Below are positions 38,877 to 48,825 of a DNA stretch of 64,000 nt, piece after piece. A program made the translations under genes and the position numbers. Under the pieces are notes generated by a model that was not told the DNA's origin, did no database searches, and worked only from the letters and a program-made list of their open reading frames with translations. Source of the DNA: an uncultured Fluviicola sp. (lineage in GTDB: Bacteria > Bacteroidota > Bacteroidia > Flavobacteriales_D > Crocinitomicaceae). The DNA is taken from assembly GCA_964643345.1 (NCBI GenBank), contig CAZXRU010000013.1:13449-77448 (forward strand), given 5' to 3'. Numbering within the stretch: the first letter of the stretch is position 1; every line of letters starts with the position of its first letter.

Positions 38877-39923
38877 ATGAAAAAAACATTAAAATACATC
38901 ATCATTGCAACTGGATTTGCACTTTCGACTAGTGGATTTGCACAAGATGTGCATTTCTCTCAAATGTCATTTTCTCCACTCAATTTAAATCCCGCTCTTG
39001 CTGGTGCTAATTCTACACTGCAGGGAATTGTAAACTATAGATCACAGTGGAACAGTGTTGCAGAACCATATCAAACAATTGGGGCATCGGTAGATGGTCG
39101 ATTCAACGAAAACAAGCGAAATAAAAAGGGTATCATTGCTGGTGGTTTGAATTTCTTCAATGATCAAGCGGGTGATTTAAAAATTTCCACAACGATTGTC
39201 AATTTGAATTTGGCCTACCACCTTATCCTCGACAAAAAAAGCACGTTAGGTTTAGGAATCTACGGTGGTTTTGGACAGCGCGCAATTGACCCATCAGACG
39301 GTCGCTGGGGCTCACAATATGACGGCAACAGCTACAACGAAGCGCTTCCGAGTAACGAAGTGTTTGATTCTCCAAGCTTTTCATTTTTAGACGCTGGAGC
39401 TGGATTACTGTATACGTTTAAAAAGTTTGAGGGCTATATGACCCAAAACAACCAACGACAATTCAATGTTGGAGCAGCCTTCTTTCATGTGAACAATCCA
39501 AATTATTCATTTATCGACAATGGTACAGAAAAACTGTACATGAGGTGGTCCATCTTTGCAAATGCCGTGATAGGAGTAAATAACTCGCGGGGAGCATTTT
39601 TACCAGGAGTCTACTTTAACAGGCAGAAGTCAACGATGGAGATTTTGTACGGTACATACTATAGAATCACCTTATCCGAAGGGTCAAAAGTGACTGGATT
39701 TAACAAACCTTTCTTTTTGCATTTTGGTCTCTTCAATCGATGGGGCGATGCACTTGTTGGAAAAGCTATGTTAGAATGGTCAGATATTTCCGCTGGATTT
39801 GCATACGATATTAATATCTCATCTTTAAATGAGGTTTCCAGCGCAAGAGGAGGTTTTGAAATCTTCCTACGATACAATTTGCTTTCCACTGGTGGTTCAA
39901 TGTCACGATCAAGAGTGAGATAG
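38877..39923 (+). CDS. PorP/SprF family type IX secretion system membrane protein
   Basis: 348 aa with a signal peptide, then QDVHFSQMSFSPLNLNPALAG, the hallmark PorP/SprF N-terminus. Beta-barrel-like alternating pattern. Lies 18 nt downstream of the type-B CTD gene. Confidence 0.9.
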   Translation: MKKTLKYIIIATGFALSTSGFAQDVHFSQMSFSPLNLNPALAGANSTLQGIVNYRSQWNSVAEPYQTIGASVDGRFNENKRNKKGIIAGGLNFFNDQAGDLKISTTIVNLNLAYHLILDKKSTLGLGIYGGFGQRAIDPSDGRWGSQYDGNSYNEALPSNEVFDSPSFSFLDAGAGLLYTFKKFEGYMTQNNQRQFNVGAAFFHVNNPNYSFIDNGTEKLYMRWSIFANAVIGVNNSRGAFLPGVYFNRQKSTMEILYGTYYRITLSEGSKVTGFNKPFFLHFGLFNRWGDALVGKAMLEWSDISAGFAYDINISSLNEVSSARGGFEIFLRYNLLSTGGSMSRSRVR

Positions 39924-39950
39924 CAATCGAACTAAGGGTAACACATTTGT

Positions 39951-39977
39951 AAAGGAGACTTAGGTCTCCTTTTTTTC
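39951..39977. terminator. Rho-independent terminator between convergent genes
   Basis: AAAGGAGAC-TTAG-GTCTCCTTT followed by TTTTT. Lies between the PorP/SprF stop (39923) and the recJ stop (39991). Confidence 0.8.
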
Positions 39978-39990
39978 GCCATAATATCAA

Positions 39991-41724
39991 CTAAAGCATC
40001 TCGCGAATGTCTTTGATGTTTAATTGAACGGTCTCTTTTCCATTCCAGCGATTAGATTCTAAGGTATACGCAATTTGAAACGGCAGTCCAGAAGCAACAG
40101 TGTTCATTCTATCAGCCATATTAAACGCTATACCTTCGACTATTACATCGGAGGCTGGCTGGGTCATCGACAGTTTCAGATGGGCTTCTTTGAGCAATCG
40201 AACATCTGTACTAAACACGTTATCGGAGACAAAAACAGGTTTCATGTTTCCAGGTCCATGGGGTTCAAATTGATTCAAAATCCGCTTTAAACGAGGGATC
40301 TGCAATCGATTTTCTTCAGGTGTAAACAATTGATTAAACGATAAATTAAGGTCGATTTTTTGCTCTGGAACGAGGATTTCTGCAGTGATTGATTTCGAAA
40401 CAACCTCTTCGAACCTAGCGATGAATTCATTCAAATTTTCCCTTTTCAACGTCAGTCCAGCTGCGTACATGTGACCACCAAATTGCTCCAATAAATCTTC
40501 ACATGCAGCAATTGCCTGGTAAATGTCAAATCCTTCTATGGAACGCGCCGAACCAGTAATGAGACCATTGGATTCAGTAAGCACAATCGTTGGTCTATAA
40601 TACGTTTCTATTAAACGAGAAGCGACAATCCCAACGACACCCTTGTGCCAATTCTCTTTAAAAACGACTGTGGTCACTTTCTCCACTTCCTCTTGCTCAA
40701 TTAACTCAAGTGCTTCAGCAGTAATTTCCTTATCAAGCAATCGTCGTTCACTGTTGTCTTCATTTATTTCTTCTGCCAAGACACTAATTTCATTGACCGC
40801 ATCGCTGATCATTAAATCAACCGCAAACTTTCCAGATCTAAGTCGACCTGCGGCATTGATACGTGGGGCAATTGTAAAAACGACATCTGTTAACGTTACT
40901 GGAAACGGACGATTCGCCAATAGCAATAATTCCTGAAACGCCTTCCGCGGTTTTCTGTTCAATAATTCCATTCCATGGTAACACAAAATCCTGTTTTCGC
41001 CTGTAACGGGCACGATATCAGCACCGATGCTGATTGCCAAGAAATCGAGCAAAGAAAATAACTGATCATACGACCAATTGTTGTAATCGCAGAGACCTTG
41101 TAACAGTTTAAATCCAACACCGCATCCTGAGAGTTCATCGTAGGGATAATTACAATCAATTTGTTTCGGATCTAAAATGATTCCATCTGGCAATTGATCT
41201 CCAGGAGTGTGGTGATCACAAACAATAAAGTCGATGCCTTTTTCTCTTGCATACGCAACAAGTTCAACAGATTTTATTCCGCAGTCGAGTGAAATAATTA
41301 AATCGACTTGATGCTCACTTGCGAAATCTATCCCTTGTTTACTCAATCCATAGCCTTCAGTGTATCTATTCGGAATGTAAAAATCAACCAAAGCAGTCTC
41401 TTTCAAAAAGGAATACATCATTGCGACAGCCGTCGTGCCGTCCACATCATAATCTCCAAACAACAAAATGCGTTGTTGCTGTTCAATAGCTTCCTGCAAA
41501 CGCTCCACCGCCTCTTTCATGTTCTTCATTAAAAAAGGGTCATGCAAATCGTCCAACCTTGGACGAAAAAAAGCCTCCGCTTCGTCAAAAGTTGTAATTC
41601 CGCGTTGCAATAATAACTCTGCTACGACTGCGTCTACTTTAAGTGTTGAACGAAAGCTCTCAACAGCTGTACTGTCGATTGTTTTATTAACGAGCCATCT
41701 TTTCTGCATGATTGTGTTTTTCAT
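39991..41724 (-). CDS. recJ: Single-stranded-DNA-specific exonuclease RecJ
   Basis: 577 aa. DHH motifs ILLFGDYDVDGTT, ISLDCG, FIVCDHH and the DHHA1 motif GGHMYAAG. Confidence 0.95.
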   Translation of the reverse strand: MKNTIMQKRWLVNKTIDSTAVESFRSTLKVDAVVAELLLQRGITTFDEAEAFFRPRLDDLHDPFLMKNMKEAVERLQEAIEQQQRILLFGDYDVDGTTAVAMMYSFLKETALVDFYIPNRYTEGYGLSKQGIDFASEHQVDLIISLDCGIKSVELVAYAREKGIDFIVCDHHTPGDQLPDGIILDPKQIDCNYPYDELSGCGVGFKLLQGLCDYNNWSYDQLFSLLDFLAISIGADIVPVTGENRILCYHGMELLNRKPRKAFQELLLLANRPFPVTLTDVVFTIAPRINAAGRLRSGKFAVDLMISDAVNEISVLAEEINEDNSERRLLDKEITAEALELIEQEEVEKVTTVVFKENWHKGVVGIVASRLIETYYRPTIVLTESNGLITGSARSIEGFDIYQAIAACEDLLEQFGGHMYAAGLTLKRENLNEFIARFEEVVSKSITAEILVPEQKIDLNLSFNQLFTPEENRLQIPRLKRILNQFEPHGPGNMKPVFVSDNVFSTDVRLLKEAHLKLSMTQPASDVIVEGIAFNMADRMNTVASGLPFQIAYTLESNRWNGKETVQLNIKDIREML

Positions 41725-41764
41725 CGATTGTGTTTTGTAAATTTAGGTTCTCTTTTATTAAGTT

Positions 41765-42418
41765 ATGAAAATAGTTGGTTTAATTGCAAGTCTCTCTCTG
41801 ACTTTTTTTTCAATAGGACAAAAGTCCTATTATTTTTCAGGTTCTCTTCCTTCTGGTGAAGCGTCACTTGTAACCGTGGATAAAAAATGGCATGGAAAAT
41901 ATGCCTTGGGTGCAGGAAATCTAGTGTTAGAAGTCAGTGAAACTGGAATTGCAATGATCTCAACCACCATTTCGTCTATCAGTCGGGAAGAAATCCGTGA
42001 GTCGTCGATCTATGACGTACGCAACGGGTATATTTTTGGGGTTGTCCTAAATGACTCTCTTCCCTGTGTTTTAGAGAATGACCGCTATTTTTTCGGAATT
42101 CGAAACAAAGATCAAATTGTAGGAGGAAGTTCTAAAAATGTGCTCTGTGCTTCTGGAAGGGTAACCAATGAATATGTTCTAAATACATACGAAAACGGCT
42201 ATTACATCCCTTCATTACTGATCTTTGAAAGTAAAATGTTTACCTCAAAACAGTTGGATTACGACTTGGAAACTTCTGTTTTTGATTTTGTTGCTTCTCA
42301 GAAAAATGTACAAGGCGCTCAATTAGATCTGGTGGTACTTTCCCCAACCAACGAAGAATTTAAATCCTTATTGAACACGGTTTTCCTCATTGTTGATGTG
42401 TACAAAAAGACTAAATAA
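41765..42418 (+). CDS. Secreted protein, function unknown
   Basis: 217 aa with an N-terminal signal peptide (MKIVGLIASLSLTFFSIGQ). I recognise no motif. Confidence 0.6.
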   Translation: MKIVGLIASLSLTFFSIGQKSYYFSGSLPSGEASLVTVDKKWHGKYALGAGNLVLEVSETGIAMISTTISSISREEIRESSIYDVRNGYIFGVVLNDSLPCVLENDRYFFGIRNKDQIVGGSSKNVLCASGRVTNEYVLNTYENGYYIPSLLIFESKMFTSKQLDYDLETSVFDFVASQKNVQGAQLDLVVLSPTNEEFKSLLNTVFLIVDVYKKTK

Positions 42419-42424
42419 CCTGAA

Positions 42425-44722
42425 TTAGACAATCAAAGAAGCCTGATAAAGCTTCAACTCTTCCCAAGAGAATTCCTCCCCGACTTGCTCTTTTAAAGGT
42501 GTTAGGGACATTCCATTGTACTTGCTGAACAGTTCTTCCAATTCGTTAATTCTGTCGCGTTCTAAGACCTCATCCAGTTCCAATTTTTCCAGACGAATTA
42601 ATCGTTCACAATGTCCGTAAATAGTCTTGGGGCTCAATTGTCGCTCATTGGCTATTTCTTCAACCGTCTTACCGCTTTTCAACATCTCCAGCGTTTGTTC
42701 ATAGGTGGACACCTTTGTTTTCTTTGGTTCAGATTTACGCGATTTTTTCGTTTTGACTTCAACAAAATCAGTGTCAAAATCAAATGTTGTTTTCGATTCC
42801 CGCAATTCGTTCTTGACCAAATTAACCTTCGTCAACTTATAATGCTTGATCTCTTCTGTCATTACAACACCTTTATCCAAAGGTCTTCCCGTAAGAAGCG
42901 CTTCGTTTAAAATGCGCGCCTTCTTAAGTCGCAACACAACGTCCGTGCTCAACTGATCGAGTTCTTCGAGTTCCTCGTTGTAATTCTTGCTGTTTTTCTT
43001 TTGTTGGATTTCACCCATCTTCTTTAAGGTTGCATAGACAATTCCATCCAACGGTTTGATGAAATAATTGTAGCCAGCTTCTACTCGCTCAAGAACTAGA
43101 TCGACATTTATGTTTTTTTCTTGAAACAAACGTTCTATTTGATGTCTAAACTTCCGCGCAGCATCCATCGTTCCACTTAAGATCTGAAGTTGTTGAGCTG
43201 CCCATGAAGCATTCCCGCCTTTGAGTGATTTTGCTCCTAACGTGGTGTGTGACGCAGCGTGACTCTTCCATGCATTGTACAACTCCACCCAATCAAACGC
43301 TCTGACTAGAACTCCGCTCAGGTATTGATACGTTGCATCGTCTAGTTTTTCGTTCAACCCACTCTCATTTTCCTTCGAGCGCGCGTAATCAATCACGTGT
43401 TGATCGCTGGTCAGTCCATTTAACCGAATCGGATTCAACAGTACCAACCCATCCAATGAGCGAAGTCTCGACAAAGCGACATACGCCTGTCCAGCGACAA
43501 AAACCTTGGACACATCAATTACCGCCTTGTCAAAAGTTAAACCTTGACTTTTATGCACAGTTATCGCCCAAGCAAGCTTTAACGGATAGTGAACAAATGT
43601 TCCCAAGATCTCTTCTTCCACTTCGCCCGTTGCAGCGTTTAGATTGTATTTGATGTTGTTCCACTCGTAGCGGTCAACAGTAATGGTCTTTCGTTCTTCA
43701 GGAAAATTGACTTTAATTTCATTTGCTTCCAGCGCAACAATCTTCCCCATCTTCCCATTGTAGAAATCCTTTTCTTGGGAAAGATCATTTTTGATAAACA
43801 TCACTTGCGCGCCAATTTTCAACTCTAGAACACTTTCAATTGGATACAAATGCTCCGGGAAATTGCCCGTAATTTCTGCCTCATAGCTCACTTTGTTTGT
43901 CTTCAGTCTGTCCAGTGCGCTTCTGTTCATCTCATCGGCGGCGTTATTGTGAGTGGTCAACGTGATGTAATCGTCGTGTTCAGAAGCATCGAAATTTAGT
44001 TGAACGTGCGCATTTAATGCATCAACGTCACTTTGCGTGATCGCGTTCATTCTCAAATTGTTCAAAATGGAAATAAACGCTTGATTGTCTTGTCGGTAAA
44101 CCTTTTCAAGTTCAATATACACAGGCGCACTTTCTTCAATCACCTTAGCATTGAAAAAGTAAATTCCTTTGTAATAATTCCTCAAAAAATGCCACTCATT
44201 CTGCTTTATAACAGGTGGAAGTTGCAACAAATCGCCAATAAACAATACTTGCACTGCGCCAAAAGGTTGATTGATTTTACGCACGTTCCGCAACGTCCAG
44301 TCCATGGCATCCAGCACGTCAGCACGCAACATACTGACCTCATCAATAATGAGCAACTCCAAATTTTGCATGATACTTTTTTGGCGTGCGTTCATTCTGA
44401 AGTGGCGCATCAATGAGCTTTTAGATTCAAGCTTGACGTGCTCAGAAAATTCGGGACTCACATTAAAATCGGGAATAAATCCTCCAAAAGGCAATTGAAA
44501 AAAGGAGTGAATAGTCACACCACCAGCATTTAAAGCAGCAATTCCCGTCGGTGCCACAATCACCGTCTGCTTATAGGTCGACTTGACAATTTTTTGAAGT
44601 AAGGTAGTTTTACCCGTTCCAGCTTTCCCAGTTAGAAAAATAGACTGGTCGGTTTGATTGATAAATCGCTCGACAAATTGGGCGATTTCATTCGTTTCGA
44701 TAGGTTGGTTTTTTGTCATCAT
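42425..44722 (-). CDS. Pif1/RecD-family SF1 helicase with extended C-terminal region and terminal HTH
   Basis: 765 aa. Walker A GKAGTGKTT, Walker B LLIIDEVSML, motif III VLFIGDLLQLPPV, TVHKSQGLTF and AYVALSRLRS. The C-terminal roughly 300 aa is non-helicase and ends in an HTH-like TVEEIANERQLSPKTIYGHCERLI. Confidence 0.85.
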   Translation of the reverse strand: MMTKNQPIETNEIAQFVERFINQTDQSIFLTGKAGTGKTTLLQKIVKSTYKQTVIVAPTGIAALNAGGVTIHSFFQLPFGGFIPDFNVSPEFSEHVKLESKSSLMRHFRMNARQKSIMQNLELLIIDEVSMLRADVLDAMDWTLRNVRKINQPFGAVQVLFIGDLLQLPPVIKQNEWHFLRNYYKGIYFFNAKVIEESAPVYIELEKVYRQDNQAFISILNNLRMNAITQSDVDALNAHVQLNFDASEHDDYITLTTHNNAADEMNRSALDRLKTNKVSYEAEITGNFPEHLYPIESVLELKIGAQVMFIKNDLSQEKDFYNGKMGKIVALEANEIKVNFPEERKTITVDRYEWNNIKYNLNAATGEVEEEILGTFVHYPLKLAWAITVHKSQGLTFDKAVIDVSKVFVAGQAYVALSRLRSLDGLVLLNPIRLNGLTSDQHVIDYARSKENESGLNEKLDDATYQYLSGVLVRAFDWVELYNAWKSHAASHTTLGAKSLKGGNASWAAQQLQILSGTMDAARKFRHQIERLFQEKNINVDLVLERVEAGYNYFIKPLDGIVYATLKKMGEIQQKKNSKNYNEELEELDQLSTDVVLRLKKARILNEALLTGRPLDKGVVMTEEIKHYKLTKVNLVKNELRESKTTFDFDTDFVEVKTKKSRKSEPKKTKVSTYEQTLEMLKSGKTVEEIANERQLSPKTIYGHCERLIRLEKLELDEVLERDRINELEELFSKYNGMSLTPLKEQVGEEFSWEELKLYQASLIV

Positions 44723-44819
44723 TTACCTTAAGTTATACAAAAAGTTGAAATTTATCATCCAAAAAGTGAAAAAAAATTCAATTTTATTGAGCACCCAGAT
44801 TCTACTAAAACTGATCGAA

Positions 44820-46265
44820 CTACAGGACTTTTTCTCCTTGATTAATTCTATTGAGCCTGATCTCAAATCCAATAAACGCTGCACAAAAGACCCAAACTGG
44901 CACAGCGGCTTTATCGGCATCGAGGTAATTATTCAAAAATCCATGAACAAAGTAAGTGACAAGTGCAAGGATCATCGCGAGGATCATCGTGCGCATAAAT
45001 TTGTCTTCAACTGGCCATTTATAGTACAGCGTAATACTCTTGTAGAAAATCGCACTGACGATAAAAATCATTGCCAGCAGTCCGAAAACACCCATTTCAG
45101 CAAGAGGACCCAAGTATTCGCTGTGAGCATTTCCCATATCTCCAAAATTGGTCGAGATGATTGTAAGCTTCTCTGGATCCTGAAAACGCGCATACTCAAA
45201 CGCATAAGTTCCCGGACCAAAACCGAACACGGGACGTTCCTGGAACATATCAATCGCGCTCGACCAACGATTCAAGCGTTCCAAATTGGAAGCATCCGAA
45301 GTGATGTTTGTCGCACTTTGCAGTCGTTCCCCAAATTCTTCTGTCGTGTGCTCCGATTTGTTTCGCTCGAGCTCCATTTGAATAGTATCCCAAGAAAAAT
45401 ACAAGGTTACCAAACTTATGACAGCAATGCTCGCAAGAATACTGAACTTGATACGAAGCTTAATCACTGCGAGTACCATCAATGCGGCTACGACACTTAG
45501 CCATGCTGCGCGGGTATATGAAAAATACAAACCAATCAGAACAATGACAATCATAAAAATGATGACCAACTGCACCAAGGGACTGTATTTCTTAGCGAAA
45601 TAGATTCCAAAAATGAGAGGTGTCACCAAGGCGATCGTTGCGCCATAAATAGTATGATCCTTGAAGAATGGCCACATGACCCAGTGACCTTCTTTTTCAC
45701 CAAAATTGTACCCCGCGTGCATCACAAGCGTGTAGCAAATTGCAATACACATGGCAATGCAAAACAACCAAATAAAGCGTGTAATGTTTTTCGCTGTGTT
45801 GAATATTCTCGTCCCAAAAAACAGCAGTGGAACAATAAACCAAAGTCGTGCTAGTAAAAATTTAAACGAAACGAGTGGCGAACTGCTGGTGATGGATGTG
45901 ACAAACACCCAAAATAAATAAAATCCAACAGCCCAAATGATCGGATTTTTCCAAATTTCTTTGTCCAAGGTGTTTCGCTGAAGCTGCTGAAAAACAAGCA
46001 AAAGCATTAATCCAAAAAGTAAGGGTTCGGTGGGAAGATACAGTCCAAAACTTTCGGTATACTTCTCAATATTGATAGATAAGGGTGTTAAAAATGCAAT
46101 CGCTAAAAAGGTGTACTCTGTGAAAAAAATGGCGAAATACACTGCCATCAAACCTAAAGGAAGTAAGGTTAAATAACTGAGGTCAATCCAAATAAAGAAA
46201 CAAGAAAGCGCTATGAAGAGCAGGCTTAAACCCGTAATAACTTTATTTTGCCCCAATTCTCGCAC
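44820..46265 (-). CDS. O-antigen ligase/polymerase-like (Wzy_C-type) membrane protein
   Basis: 481 aa with about 11-12 TM helices. Periplasmic loop with FGFGPGTYAFEY...NAHSEYLGPLAEMG, as in the O-antigen ligase family. Its start directly abuts the upstream Wzz-like stop. Confidence 0.65.
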   Translation of the reverse strand: MRELGQNKVITGLSLLFIALSCFFIWIDLSYLTLLPLGLMAVYFAIFFTEYTFLAIAFLTPLSINIEKYTESFGLYLPTEPLLFGLMLLLVFQQLQRNTLDKEIWKNPIIWAVGFYLFWVFVTSITSSSPLVSFKFLLARLWFIVPLLFFGTRIFNTAKNITRFIWLFCIAMCIAICYTLVMHAGYNFGEKEGHWVMWPFFKDHTIYGATIALVTPLIFGIYFAKKYSPLVQLVIIFMIVIVLIGLYFSYTRAAWLSVVAALMVLAVIKLRIKFSILASIAVISLVTLYFSWDTIQMELERNKSEHTTEEFGERLQSATNITSDASNLERLNRWSSAIDMFQERPVFGFGPGTYAFEYARFQDPEKLTIISTNFGDMGNAHSEYLGPLAEMGVFGLLAMIFIVSAIFYKSITLYYKWPVEDKFMRTMILAMILALVTYFVHGFLNNYLDADKAAVPVWVFCAAFIGFEIRLNRINQGEKVL

Positions 46266-47261
46266 CTAGGCTGCTTTACGAAGTTCAGAAATTCGTTCTT
46301 TGACGAGCAATGCAAAAATGGCAAAGATGAAAGCACCAAGTGTAGAAATAATCACGATAATCGCGCGCTTTGGCTTGTCTTTACGGTCAGCGACAACGGC
46401 AGGTTCTACGACAAACTTATGGTTGAAATTAGTATTTGCATCCGACTCCGCCTGTTCGTAAGCCTCTTCAAATTTTGAAAGTTTCACAAGCTTCTCGTCA
46501 CGCATCATTTCCAGTCCATCGTAGGTTGCACCATAAAGCAAGTTGACATCTATTTGACGTTTAAAAAATCTTCGATCTTCTTCGTTCTTCGATTGATTGT
46601 ATGCTGAAAACAAATTTGCTCGACCTTCTATCGATACAACACCTATTTCTGATAGGCTGTCCATTTTTGCTAAAATTACTTCTTTCTCAGTCTGCAACAT
46701 GTCCATTTTACGCTGATTGATCTCAAACGCAGGAAGCGTTCTTTCTCTTACCATTTCGTTCTTCACGGTATCAATCAAATCGACAATTTTGTTTGCTATT
46801 TGCGCAGCAAGTTCACGATCTCTGTCCAATACATCAATTTGAATGGAGCCGTAACGCGTACGTTGAAAGGTGATGTGCTTATCCCATTCTTTCCCCAATT
46901 TGTAATATTTATTGACATCATCAGGTTCAATTTCGTAGTGATTCATCAAATCAAACTGTTGTACAATTCTATTTCGAATGCGTGATGATTGTAAAATTTG
47001 AACCAACTGCTCTGCCTGTTCTTCTTCACCAAAATCCATGGATGATGCTTTCGCATTTCTTTGTTCGGAAAAGGATACTGTGCTTGTCGCGGCGGGGAAA
47101 ACAATAGCTGTTGACTTGAAAATAGGCGTTAAAAGCAATGAAACAACAATCGATGCAACGAAGGCAATGGCTGTAATAATCAGAATCACTTTTCTTTTGA
47201 CCCAAATGAACAACAAGAGGGATTGTCTTTCCTGGTCGAATTCATTCGTGTTTTCAATCAT
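46266..47261 (-). CDS. Wzz-like polysaccharide chain-length determinant protein
   Basis: 331 aa. N-terminal TM (VILIITAIAFVASIVVSLLL), a long coiled/helical periplasmic region and a C-terminal TM (AIIVIISTLGAFIFAIFALLV). This is PCP-type topology. Confidence 0.6.
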   Translation of the reverse strand: MIENTNEFDQERQSLLLFIWVKRKVILIITAIAFVASIVVSLLLTPIFKSTAIVFPAATSTVSFSEQRNAKASSMDFGEEEQAEQLVQILQSSRIRNRIVQQFDLMNHYEIEPDDVNKYYKLGKEWDKHITFQRTRYGSIQIDVLDRDRELAAQIANKIVDLIDTVKNEMVRERTLPAFEINQRKMDMLQTEKEVILAKMDSLSEIGVVSIEGRANLFSAYNQSKNEEDRRFFKRQIDVNLLYGATYDGLEMMRDEKLVKLSKFEEAYEQAESDANTNFNHKFVVEPAVVADRKDKPKRAIIVIISTLGAFIFAIFALLVKERISELRKAA

Positions 47262-47280
47262 AGCTTTTTATTTAAGTTGT

Positions 47281-47288
47281 CAAAGTTA
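47281..47288 (-). promoter_or_regulatory. Candidate -7 promoter box (TAACTTTG on the minus strand)
   Basis: The plus strand reads CAAAGTTA, 20 nt upstream of the Wzz-like start at 47261. Confidence 0.35.
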
Positions 47289-47361
47289 ATTTTTCTAGCC
47301 GAATCTAATAACTGTGAAACTTGTAATTTATTTTGTTGCGGATATTTTTAAGTTACTTCGA

Positions 47362-48801
47362 TTATTCTTCCGAAGTACTTTTGATGATAGCGCGCATGGA
47401 TTTGACGTCAATAAATCGAAAAACGATCATGGAAATGAATGTCAAAAGCAACAATAATAAAAATAGCGCTAATGAACTCACTTCCAGATAATAGCTGATG
47501 GCAATCAAACTCGTCAAAAACAGCACAAACTGCACCAGAAAAATCGGTGAGAACTGAATTTTCAACTCTCGAATACAGTAAATCAATTGCGTGAGCGAAA
47601 CAACTGTTTGGGTTATGCATGTCGCAATAGCCGCACCTGTCGCCCCGTAGATTGGAATGAGATAGAGGTTAATGATGAAATTAACGCCAATCCCAATTCC
47701 CGCTACCACATTTAAGAAGAACATGTTTCCCTTTGCTGTTAAGAGCGTTCCAAAAATAATGGTGGCGCACATGCCAACAAAGCTGATCATCAGTAATTGA
47801 AATGCATGCTTACTTTCTTCAATATCGCCGTTGTACACGAGGTCAAGAATAAATTCGCTGTTGTAAAAACTCACCACCGCCAACAAAATGGCTCCGCCGA
47901 TCAATAGTCGCGATGCTGTTGAAAACAACGGAGTAGTATCTTCTTTTCGTTTGAACATTTTCGAGAAAATCGGAAACAACAAATTGGAAAAAAGCATGGC
48001 AAACATAAAAAACGCATTCACCAATCGAAATCCTTGTGCATAATATCCTGCCTCCGCCTTTCCGTTTACGTGCATTCGTTCAATCATCACAGAATCCACG
48101 CGTGTGTAGATCATCATAAGCATAATCAACAGTGCATACGGAAAGCTTTTTCTAACAATCACCATAGAAAACGCCGTCGTATACTTGAACTTCGGTATTC
48201 CAATTTTCCCAAACAGCAATATAAATCCTATGAACAGTGTAATCCCGTAGCACAGGGTTTGAATCCAGATAAACCATTCTATTTTAAAGGGAGTGTCTGT
48301 CATTGGGAAATACAGGACAGCTCCACAGATAAAGATCAACAGGACTCTGTCCAAAACACCAATAAACGCTTCTGTTTTAAAAAAGAGGAGACCACCAAAG
48401 TGACTTCTAACATAGGCGATCAATGTCACCAATAGTTGATTTAACACTAGAAAGCTTAACAAATAAAGTTCGTAACTGTTCCAGTTCAATGCAAATGCAA
48501 TGGAGTAGCTGAACACGGCGTAGAATACAAACAGAATCAAGCGGAAAACGAGTATTTTCCCTATGTATTTGGAAGCAATTTGAGGATGTTGCGCAATGTT
48601 TTTAGTCGTGAAGTTATTGATGCCAAAATCGAGCAAAATATTGAAGAGCATCGAGAAATTCAGCAGAGAAAAGTAAATACCATAACTCTCGGCACCCACT
48701 TCATTCTGAACAGCAGCATCAATTCCAAATATAGCCACAGGTTTCACCAACAGGTTCAATAGAACCAAAAAGGCAAGATTGGAAATAAACTTTTTCTGCA
48801 T
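47362..48801 (-). CDS. Oligosaccharide/polysaccharide flippase (Wzx-like, MOP superfamily)
   Basis: 479 aa with about 12-14 TM helices and little soluble sequence. Position is at the head of the Wzz/Wzy-like genes. Confidence 0.7.
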   Translation of the reverse strand: MQKKFISNLAFLVLLNLLVKPVAIFGIDAAVQNEVGAESYGIYFSLLNFSMLFNILLDFGINNFTTKNIAQHPQIASKYIGKILVFRLILFVFYAVFSYSIAFALNWNSYELYLLSFLVLNQLLVTLIAYVRSHFGGLLFFKTEAFIGVLDRVLLIFICGAVLYFPMTDTPFKIEWFIWIQTLCYGITLFIGFILLFGKIGIPKFKYTTAFSMVIVRKSFPYALLIMLMMIYTRVDSVMIERMHVNGKAEAGYYAQGFRLVNAFFMFAMLFSNLLFPIFSKMFKRKEDTTPLFSTASRLLIGGAILLAVVSFYNSEFILDLVYNGDIEESKHAFQLLMISFVGMCATIIFGTLLTAKGNMFFLNVVAGIGIGVNFIINLYLIPIYGATGAAIATCITQTVVSLTQLIYCIRELKIQFSPIFLVQFVLFLTSLIAISYYLEVSSLALFLLLLLLTFISMIVFRFIDVKSMRAIIKSTSEE

Positions 48802-48817
48802 CTGTTAATTAACGACG

Positions 48818-48825
48818 CAAATTTA
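48818..48825 (-). promoter_or_regulatory. Candidate -7 promoter box (TAAATTTG on the minus strand)
   Basis: The plus strand reads CAAATTTA, 16 nt upstream of the flippase ATG at 48801. Confidence 0.4.

Noticed and set aside
42425-44722. Helicase as the core of a phage-defence or mobile-element module
   Set aside because: There is no adjacent nuclease, methyltransferase, integrase, toxin or repeat boundary. The flanking genes are recJ, a small secreted protein and polysaccharide genes, all with ordinary composition.
44658-45500. 280-aa plus-strand ORF overlapping the helicase start and the O-antigen ligase-like gene
   Set aside because: It is antisense to a membrane protein with clear Wzy_C-type features. 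The product has no motifs and has the composition typical of a shadow ORF.
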